In this document: in pieces, positions 27,103 through 36,647 of the stretch
Numbering within the stretch: position 1 is the first letter of the stretch
How the letters are laid out: the number at the start of each line of letters is the position of its first letter
Source: a plasmid
Direction: 5' to 3' (one strand)
Sequence record: NZ_CP092205.1
DNA: 64,000 nucleotides
Notes under the pieces: model-generated
Seen by the model: the letters and a program-made list of their open reading frames with translations, nothing else
The model's database searches: none
Told to the model about the DNA's origin: nothing
Program-made: the position numbers and the translations under genes

Positions 27103-27176
27103 GTCTTGTAACTTTGAGGTTTTGGAAAGAAAAATGACTTTACTAAATTTTATCCGGAACCAGAAATTTAGTCCGT

Positions 27177-27923
27177 ATGAAAATAGACTACTCAGACTCC
27201 TTTCAAATTAAACAATCTGATCTTATAAAACATCCAAATTTGATATCCCGAGAAGTTCCCAAAGAGGAAGAAGACGCATTCAACGAGAATATCAAAAATA
27301 ACGGGGTTACAGAAGCCATAATTGTCGTAAAACACCCGACAAAAAACGGGAAATATTGGCTCTTAAACGGAGACCGTCGATCAAAGGGTAACAAAAAGGC
27401 AAATCATCCGACGATTTTAGCAAAAATGGTTCTTTCGGACCTTACTGATGATGTTCGCCGGTATGTAATGTATTCGGTTAATAATTCCGGTCTTGCGATG
27501 AGCGATGAAGATACGGTAAAAGCAATCATCAAAGAATTTGGAAAGGAAAGAATACTCAAAGAGTTTCGTGGGAATATTTCACCGGAGGAAAGAAAGAAGT
27601 TAGGACCTCCTTTGTCTGAAGTTTTAACAAAAACTTTCGGAAGATCTCAGAGGACTAACCAGCGCTACCTAAAAGCGGCAAAAGCGATCCTTTCGGGAAA
27701 TGAATCGACTCCGATTCAACTCAAAGATCTTGATAAAAAGAAACTTTCGACCATACACAAAATTGTGAAACAAGTTCAAAGTATTGATTCGCAAACAAAA
27801 AAACTGCAAATCGAAAAAGCTAAATTAGCAAAACAACTCCGTCCATACGGCGGATTAAAACACGCAATCGAACTGGACTTGGAGAATCAAAAAAAGAAGA
27901 AGAAATTAAAAACAAAAAAATAG
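27177..27923 (+). CDS. ParB/Srx-like nuclease-domain protein
   Basis: '…VTEAIIVVKHPTKNGKYWLLNGDRRSKG' matches the ParB N-domain 'G-x-R-R' arginine motif and surrounding hydrophobic pattern. K-rich C-terminus. Confidence 0.55.
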   Translation: MKIDYSDSFQIKQSDLIKHPNLISREVPKEEEDAFNENIKNNGVTEAIIVVKHPTKNGKYWLLNGDRRSKGNKKANHPTILAKMVLSDLTDDVRRYVMYSVNNSGLAMSDEDTVKAIIKEFGKERILKEFRGNISPEERKKLGPPLSEVLTKTFGRSQRTNQRYLKAAKAILSGNESTPIQLKDLDKKKLSTIHKIVKQVQSIDSQTKKLQIEKAKLAKQLRPYGGLKHAIELDLENQKKKKKLKTKK

Positions 27924-28163
27924 ACAGTCCTTAAAATTTTTTTGTTCTTCCAGGATCCAGAATGGACCCTTTCGGGGCTATAAAGATACGCATGGGGTGT
28001 GCAAGATCAAATCAAACCCCGTTTAATTCTTACGGTGTAATCGGAGGCAAATCCTCCAATCGCACAAATTCCACTGGACCGGATTCAGTTCCATCCAAAG
28101 AACTCAGAACTCTTTGAACGAAAATCCGAGGCCTTTATTCGAAATTTATCGATCGACATCGAT

Positions 28164-28910
28164 ATGTTCGGCTTGCAAGAGCCGATTTCCGTCAGGTATA
28201 TCGAGGAAAATAATACCTATATTTGTCTCTCCGGTGAAAACCGGGTCAACGCAGTCAAGCTTCTTGGATGGACGTTCATTTCCGGTTATATCGTTTCACC
28301 CAAAAATGAAATCGGATATATCATTTCTCGGAATACGAAAAGAAGACATTTCGGACATCAAGGAAGAGTTCGAATCTATCAAGTGTATTGTCCTGAATTT
28401 TTCACAGGGAACAAAATCAAAAACAATCGTTTAGATATAATCTCAAGCGATACCGGAATTTCAATTGCCACTATAAAATCCGATTTAAAGAAAATTCGGT
28501 CGGGTAGCAGTAAAGAAGTCACACTTGAAGAATTACGAGGACTTTGGGAAAAGAAAAAAATTCGAGGACTTCGGGTAAGTATATCCGACTTGTCAGACGG
28601 TAACTTCCTTCTCCAAGTGAACGGTAAAAACCTAAATTATGAGTGGAAAGGAAAATTTAAGGACGTAATTCGGGATTCGGCGGACGCGGCCCGGTCAAAG
28701 TCATTTAATAAGAATTTTAAATTTGAGAATTCAGAAACGGCCTCGAGGATCCGGGAGTTACGAAAAGATGCTCGGATGACTCAGTTTGAACTCGCGCAAG
28801 CTCTCGGATACTCTCAATCCTATATCGCTGAACTAGAAGGCGGAAAGTGGGAATGTTCCACGGCCTTGTTTGAAGACATTGCAATACTCTGCGAGGATAG
28901 AATGAAATGA
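28164..28910 (+). CDS. ParB-like N-domain protein with a C-terminal XRE-type HTH. ParB homology continues in-frame upstream to ~28044 with no canonical start codon.
   Basis: 'ISVRYIEENNTYICLSGENRVNAVKLLG' is a ParB box. The upstream in-frame translation 'IPLDRIQFHPKNSELFERKSEAFIRNLSIDID' also looks ParB-like. The C-terminus 'IRELRKDARMTQFELAQALGYSQSYIAELEGG' is an HTH_3. Confidence 0.6.
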   Translation: MFGLQEPISVRYIEENNTYICLSGENRVNAVKLLGWTFISGYIVSPKNEIGYIISRNTKRRHFGHQGRVRIYQVYCPEFFTGNKIKNNRLDIISSDTGISIATIKSDLKKIRSGSSKEVTLEELRGLWEKKKIRGLRVSISDLSDGNFLLQVNGKNLNYEWKGKFKDVIRDSADAARSKSFNKNFKFENSETASRIRELRKDARMTQFELAQALGYSQSYIAELEGGKWECSTALFEDIAILCEDRMK

Positions 28911-28923
28911 ATTACAAAATTTC

Positions 28924-29886
28924 GTGCGGAGCATCGGATCGGATTTTACAAAGGACTTTTTCGAAAGTGATCACGAGAACAGCATCGACTGTATCGTAAC
29001 GTCCCCGCCTTACTTTCAGAAACGAAACTATTTGCCCGAAGGACATTCTTTAACTGATTTAGAAATTGGAAGAGAGGCCGCACCTTGGGAATATTTTTTC
29101 CGCCTTGGACTGGTTTTTCGAGAGGCAAAGAAAAGACTTAAAAACTCAGCAACCATCTTCGTCAATATTGGCGACTCGTTTCAGCATGGCCGTGCACTTC
29201 GTATTCCGTCCGGATTTGTGGACATGATGGAAGAAGAGGGATATACCTTTGTCCAGGAAATCGTATGGGCAAAATCGATTTCAACAGATGAGGGGAACAT
29301 AGGTTCATGTAAACCTGAATCCGTAAAAAGGAGATTTACTCAATCTCATGAATACGCTCTTCTTTTTGTTTTGGATCTCGAGAAATATTATATGGATGCT
29401 CGCTCAGTCGCGGTTCCACTCGGAGGAATTCATCACGGGGAAACGGCGCTACCCGCTATTTTGAAATCGATGGGTGCTAACGAACACGGAGAGTATGAGG
29501 GGATGAGTTTAAAGAACTATTCGGATCACAAAGCGGAAAGCCCTTCCGAAATCAAAAAACGAATCTTACAAAACAAAGCTCGATCAAAGGATTTCACTGC
29601 AAGACGGAGGTCAGTTTGGCAGATAGCTACCCCGAATTCGAAAGGTAGGCATACTGCCGTCGGTCCTAAACGTCTATTCGAAATCTGTGTATTGGCCGGG
29701 TGTCCGGAAGGTGGTACAGTTCTCGATCCGTTTATGGGGGAAGGAACCGTAGGAGAGGTTTCGCTAAAGAATGGAAGGAAATTTATTGGAATCGATCTGG
29801 ATGAGAGAAGTTGTTCGGAGGCCGATGATCGATTGTATCGTATTTCAAAGAAATTAGAATATTCTTCCCATTCAATATGGACCTAA
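28924..29886 (+). CDS. second orphan DNA methyltransferase, beta-class (SPPY … FMGEGT)
   Basis: 'DCIVTSPPYF' is motif IV and 'LDPFMGEGTVGEV' is motif I. Same family as 26071-27102 but highly diverged. Confidence 0.85.
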   Translation: MRSIGSDFTKDFFESDHENSIDCIVTSPPYFQKRNYLPEGHSLTDLEIGREAAPWEYFFRLGLVFREAKKRLKNSATIFVNIGDSFQHGRALRIPSGFVDMMEEEGYTFVQEIVWAKSISTDEGNIGSCKPESVKRRFTQSHEYALLFVLDLEKYYMDARSVAVPLGGIHHGETALPAILKSMGANEHGEYEGMSLKNYSDHKAESPSEIKKRILQNKARSKDFTARRRSVWQIATPNSKGRHTAVGPKRLFEICVLAGCPEGGTVLDPFMGEGTVGEVSLKNGRKFIGIDLDERSCSEADDRLYRISKKLEYSSHSIWT

Positions 29887-29944
29887 ACTTTATCCTTGAA
29901 ACCGTGATTATGATAAAACGAATTCTGTTATAGTTTTTCCCTGA

Positions 29945-30580
29945 ATGGTAGCTAAAAAGAAAGTTCCTGCCCGAAAGACGAAGGGTAGCAAAGACAATGC
30001 GTTATCAAAACGCACGTCTGAATCTGAAAAGCTCCCGGCGAAGATAAAAGAAAAAATTAGGATAGCATACATTCAAGGTGCTACTTCGAGAGAAGAACTC
30101 TGCCGCAAATATAATATCGATTACAAGAAGCTCGACAACTTAATCCAAAGAAACGGTTGGAACGCAGATCGTGAGGAAATTGTAGGAAAAGTGAGGGAAA
30201 AAATGGAGTTTTCCCTGATTTCCAGCGCTTCTACGGCTCTTGCGCGGATGAATACCGAATCTACTGAACTCTTAGATCTTATCCAAAAACGAATCTATGA
30301 TCCTGAGATTTCCAACGAGGATCTTGCCCATCTGATTAAATCTCGAAATACGCTCCTCAGGGAACTACTCCGATCATTGGGTTTACCTGATACTATCCGA
30401 AACGAGTCCGGATCTCCGGATGAGAAAAGCCAATTCAACATTCAGATTATCGCCGGAGTTGGCGAGCTCCCTGGATCGATCGAGAAGGTGATTGGCGGGA
30501 AAACGATTAGTGTCGGCAAGAAAGAAGCTTCTAAAGATAGATCCGGCAAAAGCCAAGACGGAGACGATCCACAGGGATAA
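29945..30580 (+). CDS. putative terminase small subunit
   Basis: 211 aa, basic N-terminus with an HTH-like 'ATSREELCRKYNIDYKKLDNLIQRNGW'. It sits immediately upstream of, and overlapping, TerL. Confidence 0.4.
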   Translation: MVAKKKVPARKTKGSKDNALSKRTSESEKLPAKIKEKIRIAYIQGATSREELCRKYNIDYKKLDNLIQRNGWNADREEIVGKVREKMEFSLISSASTALARMNTESTELLDLIQKRIYDPEISNEDLAHLIKSRNTLLRELLRSLGLPDTIRNESGSPDEKSQFNIQIIAGVGELPGSIEKVIGGKTISVGKKEASKDRSGKSQDGDDPQG

Positions 30581-31946
30581 GTATTTTTCAGAAAAACAGT
30601 CTCTTGCCCTAGACGAAGATTGGGCAAATCATTCCATCCAAGAACTTTGCTACGACGGTGGAGCTCGTAGCGGGAAAACCTACCTTATAATCAAGGCGAT
30701 TATTTCTCGCGCTTGGATCTCCGCCGGTTCAAGGCACTTAATAGCCAGATACAGACTCAATCATCTAAGGATGAGTGTTTGGAGACAGACCCTTCTTCCG
30801 TGTTTGAAGGAGATGGGATTTTTAAAGGATCGGGATTATACAACCAATGAGAGCGACCATGTTATCACATTCACAAACGGAGCTGAAATCTATGGAGCGG
30901 GCCTTGATGATTCAGATCGTGTTGAGAAGATTATGGGAACGGAATTCAATACCATATTTCTCAACGAAGCGACACAAATTTCTTATCCCACATTTCAAAA
31001 AATAAAAACCAGACTTTCTTATGTAAGGGAAGAACTCACAAACAAACTGATCGTCGATTGTAATCCGAGAAATCGGTTTCATTGGATTTACAAGTATTTT
31101 GTATTAAAACAAGATCCTGAAACGGGAGAAGTTCTTTCCTCCCGAAGACTTAGCAGAATGGCGCGTCGTCATTGGACGCCACTAGATAATCCTTTTATCA
31201 CAGACGAGTACAAACAAATGCTCTCGGAACTAACAGGAGTCGAAAGAGACCGGTTGTATCTGGGACTTTGGATAGACGTTGAAGGTCTGGTCTATCCGAT
31301 GTTTGAGTCGGCAATTGTCGAGCCATTCAAAATTCCGGATACATGGGACTGCGCCGGTGCCGTGGATTTCGGATATACAAATCCGTTTGTTTTCCTTTGG
31401 TTATTTTTCGATAAAGCAAACGAAACCTGGTATTTGGCGGATGAACATTATCTCACAGAACAAACAGTTCGTAAGCACTGTGAACTAATCGGGGATAGAA
31501 GAAAGCCGAATCTTTGGATCGTTGCCGATCACGACGCGGAAGACCGCGCGACGATGGCGGAATGTGGATATGTAACTTTTGCGGCTGATAAAGACGTTTC
31601 AACCGGGATCCAGGCTCTCATAAAATTATTAGAGTCAGACCAGGGTGTAAAATTAAAGATATTTCGAACTTGTGTTCATACGATCGAAGAATTTTCAATT
31701 TATTCTTGGGAACCTCAAAAGGACGGGAGAAACGCGAAAGAGGTGCCTATCAAAAATCACGATCACGCGATGGATGCCTTGCGCTATTGGGCTTTAAAAG
31801 TTATCGGAAGAAAAAAAGATATAATAACAAGATCATATACTACTGTAAAAAATGAAGTAGAAAGTAAACCCAAAACAGCGTCGGATATACGAAACAAGAG
31901 ATTGGGACTGTTTGGGATAGACCCAAATAAATTTTCAAAAAGATAA
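30492..31946 (+). CDS. phage terminase large subunit
   Basis: Walker A 'YDGGARSGKTYLI'. The ATPase 'DD' (LDDSD) and C-terminal nuclease acidic residues ('NHDHAMDALRY') fit the TerL architecture. Confidence 0.8.
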   Translation: MAGKRLVSARKKLLKIDPAKAKTETIHRDKYFSEKQSLALDEDWANHSIQELCYDGGARSGKTYLIIKAIISRAWISAGSRHLIARYRLNHLRMSVWRQTLLPCLKEMGFLKDRDYTTNESDHVITFTNGAEIYGAGLDDSDRVEKIMGTEFNTIFLNEATQISYPTFQKIKTRLSYVREELTNKLIVDCNPRNRFHWIYKYFVLKQDPETGEVLSSRRLSRMARRHWTPLDNPFITDEYKQMLSELTGVERDRLYLGLWIDVEGLVYPMFESAIVEPFKIPDTWDCAGAVDFGYTNPFVFLWLFFDKANETWYLADEHYLTEQTVRKHCELIGDRRKPNLWIVADHDAEDRATMAECGYVTFAADKDVSTGIQALIKLLESDQGVKLKIFRTCVHTIEEFSIYSWEPQKDGRNAKEVPIKNHDHAMDALRYWALKVIGRKKDIITRSYTTVKNEVESKPKTASDIRNKRLGLFGIDPNKFSKR

Positions 31947-32139
31947 AAGAAGGATATGATTTTTGACGACTATGACTTCAGTAAACGAGCGCGGATTATA
32001 GCTGGATTGATCAGATCGGAAAGCGGAATTTGCGACCCTATCCAGCAAAAAGAAAGGGGACTTAATAGAAGATATTTCCGAGCTATTAAATAGGAAAGTT
32101 GTTTTTAAAGTCGGAGATAAAGTAAAACTTATCGAGTCT

Positions 32140-32406
32140 TTGCGAGGGGAATATGAATATCCAAAAAAAGACGAATATGGAATCATCCAGGAGATCTATC
32201 GTAAGCCAAAAAAGAATTATTCTATAGGCCAATTTGGCAGAATGCTTGTTGAAACCGATTCAGGAATCATTCTCGTTTTATCAAATACCGGAACACCTTT
32301 AGAATGTTCCGTAGATTTAAGACGATTTGAAATCGCGGATCGGATAACAGCCTTAGAGTTTTTTCGTAGAAAGATTCTCAAGGGAATTCTGAAAATGACC
32401 GGTTAA
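32140..32406 (+). CDS. hypothetical protein (TTG start per the ORF track)
   Basis: 88-aa ORF. No motif. Confidence 0.25.
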   Translation: MRGEYEYPKKDEYGIIQEIYRKPKKNYSIGQFGRMLVETDSGIILVLSNTGTPLECSVDLRRFEIADRITALEFFRRKILKGILKMTG

Positions 32407-32663
32407 AAAGACTTTCTCCTATCGATTGAAACAAACGGTTTTAAGATCTTTTTGACTCAAAGTCCCGTCTACAAACCAACGTGTTTTCCTTTGCATTGCG
32501 TATTGTTTTTAACGGATAAAATACAATCCAGATTTTCTTTCGGTCACGCCACTGAATTAATCACAACTTCTTAATTAAACTTGAACCCCCCAAATAGGAT
32601 TCCCTTCCCGATAAAACCGGACACGTTTTACAATCGGGAAAACTAAAAAAAGGAATCAATCCA

Positions 32664-33197
32664 GTGTCTAACGAAACAACTCAAAATGAATCCGTATCCA
32701 ATGATCCCAAATTGGTAGCGGTCGAAGATCAATTCGAAAACACCTCATCTATTATCGAGGAGACCTCTCTACAAGCTCCGCATCCCTTACCTCCCGCGTC
32801 TGAAGATATAGAACGAAACGATTTAAAAGAAATGGAGTCCGTAGAGGACGAAGATGTGATTTTAGCAAACCTAGTTCTGGAACTTGGTCCCGAAGATCGG
32901 CAAAATCTATTCGATAGTCTCAATTCCTCGGTGGTAAACAATCAATCCCGAGACACTGTTCTTCATATTTTATTCTGGAAGGGATTTAGATTACTTAGAA
33001 TCGCGGGTCTTGTTTCCGGTACTGAAGACTCAGATACTGATTTTGCCGAAAAGATCGGAAAGTTGTCCTCCCAGGATAAACAGGTTTTATATGATAGCGT
33101 CTGCTCGTCCCTCGACAATCAAAGAAGTAAGGATACGGTGCTTCACGTTCTGTTTTGGAAAGCGTGTAAATTAATCAGAGAAGCGGGTATCGAATAA
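32664..33197 (+). CDS. acidic hypothetical protein with a tandem ~45-aa internal repeat
   Basis: The N-terminal 65 aa are strongly acidic. Two repeats follow, '…NLFDSLNSSVVNNQSRDTVLHILFWKGFRLLRIAGLV' and '…VLYDSVCSSLDNQRSKDTVLHVLFWKACKLIREAGI'. It is preceded by a 257-bp non-coding leader. Confidence 0.45.
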   Translation: MSNETTQNESVSNDPKLVAVEDQFENTSSIIEETSLQAPHPLPPASEDIERNDLKEMESVEDEDVILANLVLELGPEDRQNLFDSLNSSVVNNQSRDTVLHILFWKGFRLLRIAGLVSGTEDSDTDFAEKIGKLSSQDKQVLYDSVCSSLDNQRSKDTVLHVLFWKACKLIREAGIE

Positions 33198-33236
33198 AAA
33201 TTTAATCCTCTCTTAATTTTAGAGAGGGTTTACTTT

Positions 33237-34214
33237 ATGAAGAGAGAATCGCCTCTTTCAGAATATAGAGTCTTGCGGGAACTTACATACGCTTGGCTCT
33301 ATTATTTTATCTCCCTACAGTACGCCTTACTTGGGGATCCAAAGAAGGGAATCCATTTTGATATTCAAAAATCACTCTGGTCCGATGCAATGGGAGTCTT
33401 GCGAAAGAAATTTTTCGGTGAACTCCTTGTTCGTCCGACTTTTTTTCCGAGAACGATTAACGTCACTCCTAACCCTTTAGAGGATTATTCAAAACTTCTA
33501 AAACAAACGGGTAGGATCGTTTTTCCGGAAGGAGTCATTTCTCGGGATGAGTTAGAAGAAGCCGATCAAGGAATTTTTGATTTTTTAGCCCAAGACTGGA
33601 ACAGAATCTATAAAGAAGAAAGAAACAAATCCACAATTCTAGGATATATCGCTCAATACATGATCGGAGAGGGAGAAGATCCGGATGAACTTATGGAGAT
33701 GACAATTCCAGAATTTTCAGAGCGCGCGAAGGACTACAATTTTCCCGAACTTGGAGATATTGATGTTCTCATGGAAGAAACAGGATTAACGAGAGAGCAA
33801 ACCTACTCCCTAATTTATGGACAAGCTAAAGGAGCCGAATGGCTTGCAATCTATGACAAGAACGGTAAAAGGTCCGGTCGAGCGTATGAATTAATCACAA
33901 AAATGTATAGGCGTCAAATCGCGGAAGCACTCGCCCGAAACGCTACTGAGGCAGAAATTCGAACACTCATGATCTCGCCCGATGACTCGGAGATTCAAGA
34001 AGCTCTGGGTTTATTCGAAGATGGGATTTCGGATACAGTACGATCTCGTCGGGAAAGAGTGTATGAAAAGTTAGTCACGAATCACCTAAATCGGGACATG
34101 ACTCGTTTTGCATATACAGAGGCCTCGATCAATTTTAATAACGGTAAACTTCTCATGCTCGCAAATGAAAAAAAAGGCGCTCAGTACGTTCAATTTGGAG
34201 GTGGCGAGTACTAG
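33237..34214 (+). CDS. hypothetical phage protein
   Basis: 325-aa ORF. No recognisable motifs. Confidence 0.4.
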   Translation: MKRESPLSEYRVLRELTYAWLYYFISLQYALLGDPKKGIHFDIQKSLWSDAMGVLRKKFFGELLVRPTFFPRTINVTPNPLEDYSKLLKQTGRIVFPEGVISRDELEEADQGIFDFLAQDWNRIYKEERNKSTILGYIAQYMIGEGEDPDELMEMTIPEFSERAKDYNFPELGDIDVLMEETGLTREQTYSLIYGQAKGAEWLAIYDKNGKRSGRAYELITKMYRRQIAEALARNATEAEIRTLMISPDDSEIQEALGLFEDGISDTVRSRRERVYEKLVTNHLNRDMTRFAYTEASINFNNGKLLMLANEKKGAQYVQFGGGEY

Positions 34215-34768
34215 TGTCTGACTTGGATTCGAACCCAATTGTTTGTTCAAAGTGTAAGGAGTTTCTGGGACAAATTGCGAGAGTATTTCCGTCTTTAGAC
34301 AGCCTCCAAGACGAAAAATATATGAAGTCTTTAGGACTCGTATATTTGGGTGGGGATCAGTTTTCCGGCGATCCAGTTACTTCAATCGCTGTCTGGCCTG
34401 GAAAAAGTAACGCCTTACTTCACTTGGAAGATTATCAGTTTTGCTGTCCTATGCACCCGAATTGCTCGCATGAATATGTAGCGGTGAGTGTTGACGAAAT
34501 CGATGATATAGACTTGAGTGAAATCGACGAAATATTCAGACAAGGGAAAATCAGAGACGCAAAAGAACGAATTCGAACCGACGACAAATACGAAAAAAAC
34601 GTAGAGGCCAATGAAGAAAGAATCAGACTTGAAAGAAATTTTGGCCCGATACGAAAAAGTGATCTATATTCAATCGGGGTCTGGGAGGAACCGACGTGTT
34701 GTCACGAACCTGAATCGGATTTGTGGCTCACTGAATATATCGATTGGAAACTTACAAACACACTTTAA
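34214..34768 (+). CDS. hypothetical Cys/His-cluster protein (possible zinc-binding)
   Basis: 'CSKCK…', 'CCPMHPNCSHEY', 'CCHEP' clusters. Acidic middle region. Confidence 0.35.
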   Translation: MSDLDSNPIVCSKCKEFLGQIARVFPSLDSLQDEKYMKSLGLVYLGGDQFSGDPVTSIAVWPGKSNALLHLEDYQFCCPMHPNCSHEYVAVSVDEIDDIDLSEIDEIFRQGKIRDAKERIRTDDKYEKNVEANEERIRLERNFGPIRKSDLYSIGVWEEPTCCHEPESDLWLTEYIDWKLTNTL

Positions 34769-34995
34769 CCGGAAAAATAAGAAAATATATCCCTTGGAAT
34801 CGTGACTCTAATCGCGGAGGCTACGGCTTTATCACAGGAAATGACGGAATAGAATATTTCTTTAACGCAAAGTATTCTTTCTTGAGTGAATCTGAAATCA
34901 AAGAAGGAATAGAAGTAGTATTCTCACTTCGCAAAGGTTTCGATAAAAAGCGCGAAGAATTCGTCCTGCAAGCGACCAAAGTTTCAAAGGCATGA
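34744..34995 (+). CDS. cold-shock-domain (CspA-like OB-fold) protein
   Basis: 'GKIRKYIPWNRDSNRGGYGFITGNDGIEYFFNAKYS…IKEGIEVVFSL' parallels CspA 'GxVKWFNxxKGFGFI…DVFVHFSAI…EGQxVxFxV'. Confidence 0.5.
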   Translation: METYKHTLTGKIRKYIPWNRDSNRGGYGFITGNDGIEYFFNAKYSFLSESEIKEGIEVVFSLRKGFDKKREEFVLQATKVSKA

Positions 34996-36110
34996 GGAAA
35001 TCAGGACAAGGTGGAGTTACACCTTTTTCAATCACAACCAAACCAAATATTCTTACTCCCCTAACGAATGAAGACCTTTTAGAGAGAAGAGGGGAGTCTG
35101 CTCTTTGGTACAGACTTTCTTCTTGCCCTTGTCCGGCGGAAGACAGGCTACCGGATTGTAAGTTTTGCTTTGAAGGACTCATTCGAACATTCCAAGAGGA
35201 CTTACTCATTCAGGAAGAAACCGCTTGGAAAATAGTCGGGAATAAGGTTTTCACCCGCTATGCTCCGATTACACAGATCGAAAGCGCAATTTTAATTTCG
35301 CGGGAAACCCAAAAAGAACTCACAATCAAACGTATCCATGAAGAATACTTCGAAGTCGAAGAGCCTCTGAAGTATTGGAATTCAGTACTTCTCAAATATA
35401 AAGTTTCACTCGTTGAAGAAATGTATGTGGAAGCGGAAGGAAAAAACGAATACGTTTTATTTCCTAAAATTCCATTTGGTGCAATCATCGGTGTCGTTGA
35501 GGTTTTCAAAGTTCCTGATTCTGAAACCGAAAAACCCGTTTCTGTAGAATACAGTGGGTATACTTTAAACTCAGTTATTTTTCCGAAAAGAGTCAATGGT
35601 AAACACAGACTTAAAGTTCTTTTCTACAACCCGGTAAAGATAGGGTACAAAACGTATCGAGTGGATCCGGATTCGAGAAAAATTTTTGATCGAAGCCAAA
35701 TCACGTTCCAAGACGGGGAGCTGATGGGAGTTCTGGGAGGGGGTTACAAAATGGGAGAAGGTGATATTATCACACTTCTTGTTTCCACTCTTAGACATTC
35801 CGAGTTTATCGCCTATCAAAACAAAGCCTTTGACGTCGTTTCCTATTCTCCCATTGCCTCAATCGATCGAATTATTTCTAAAGGAAGAAACGGTTTCGTA
35901 ACCCACGAGGAAGGAACGGATTTTTTAATCTTTGGAGATTCGAGAATCCAGTGGTTGTCCGATAAACCGAAAACGGGCTACACTATTATTTACGACTATC
36001 ATCCAACGTTTCGAGTCACCGGATTTATCGAAGGCGGAAGTGGAGAGGATCGGGACAAACCTAAACTTTTCAAAATGAAACCACTCGCAAATTTCAACGG
36101 AAGGCAGTAA
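34992..36110 (+). CDS. hypothetical phage protein with an N-terminal Cys cluster
   Basis: 372 aa with 'SSCPCPAEDRLPDCKFCFEG'. No other motifs. Its position just before the MuF-position polyvalent gene makes a portal-like role possible but unsupported. Confidence 0.35.
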   Translation: MRKSGQGGVTPFSITTKPNILTPLTNEDLLERRGESALWYRLSSCPCPAEDRLPDCKFCFEGLIRTFQEDLLIQEETAWKIVGNKVFTRYAPITQIESAILISRETQKELTIKRIHEEYFEVEEPLKYWNSVLLKYKVSLVEEMYVEAEGKNEYVLFPKIPFGAIIGVVEVFKVPDSETEKPVSVEYSGYTLNSVIFPKRVNGKHRLKVLFYNPVKIGYKTYRVDPDSRKIFDRSQITFQDGELMGVLGGGYKMGEGDIITLLVSTLRHSEFIAYQNKAFDVVSYSPIASIDRIISKGRNGFVTHEEGTDFLIFGDSRIQWLSDKPKTGYTIIYDYHPTFRVTGFIEGGSGEDRDKPKLFKMKPLANFNGRQ

Positions 36111-36122
36111 TCGGATTTTAGG

Positions 36123-36638
36123 ATGAAACAAGGGATAAATATGGAATTTAAAAATCGTTTCTTTGGTTGGCTTTTCTTTTCATTTAAAACAAATTTTTTA
36201 ACTAAGAAATTAAGCGAGTTTCTTTTCTATTTAGAAAGAACGGACCTTTTCAAAATACTTTCTTACCGCGCGTCTGTTCTACTTCAAACCCTAAGACTTC
36301 ACCTTATCCTTGTGAAATATTTATCTGGTATGCTTTCCCTCGCTTGGTTTACCTGGTGGAATAAAGTTAAGTTTAGAACTGAGCCAGTCGGACAAATTAT
36401 TGTATTACACTACAATGCAGATACTCACAAGCCGGAAGACTTTGTATCCAATCTAGAGAGAAAAGTCGCAATCCCATTTAAAACATTGCATGGATATATT
36501 CCCGTCGTTCTGATTTTACCCTTTGGCGCAACGATTCAAGCCGGGAGTTGGAACGGATTTGTAAAATCACTCGACCGGGACCAAAGAAGAGAAAACCAAG
36601 AAGCACTCTATAAATACCGAGAAAATTCAATCATTTAA
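36123..36638 (+). CDS. hypothetical protein with hydrophobic segments
   Basis: 171-aa ORF with several hydrophobic stretches. Confidence 0.3.
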   Translation: MKQGINMEFKNRFFGWLFFSFKTNFLTKKLSEFLFYLERTDLFKILSYRASVLLQTLRLHLILVKYLSGMLSLAWFTWWNKVKFRTEPVGQIIVLHYNADTHKPEDFVSNLERKVAIPFKTLHGYIPVVLILPFGATIQAGSWNGFVKSLDRDQRRENQEALYKYRENSII

Positions 36639-36647
36639 GAAAGTGGG

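Noticed and set aside
31935-32186. 83-aa minus-strand ORF overlapping the TerL 3' end and the next plus-strand ORF
   Set aside because: It is antisense in a uniformly plus-strand late operon, with a Ser/Phe-rich low-complexity sequence.
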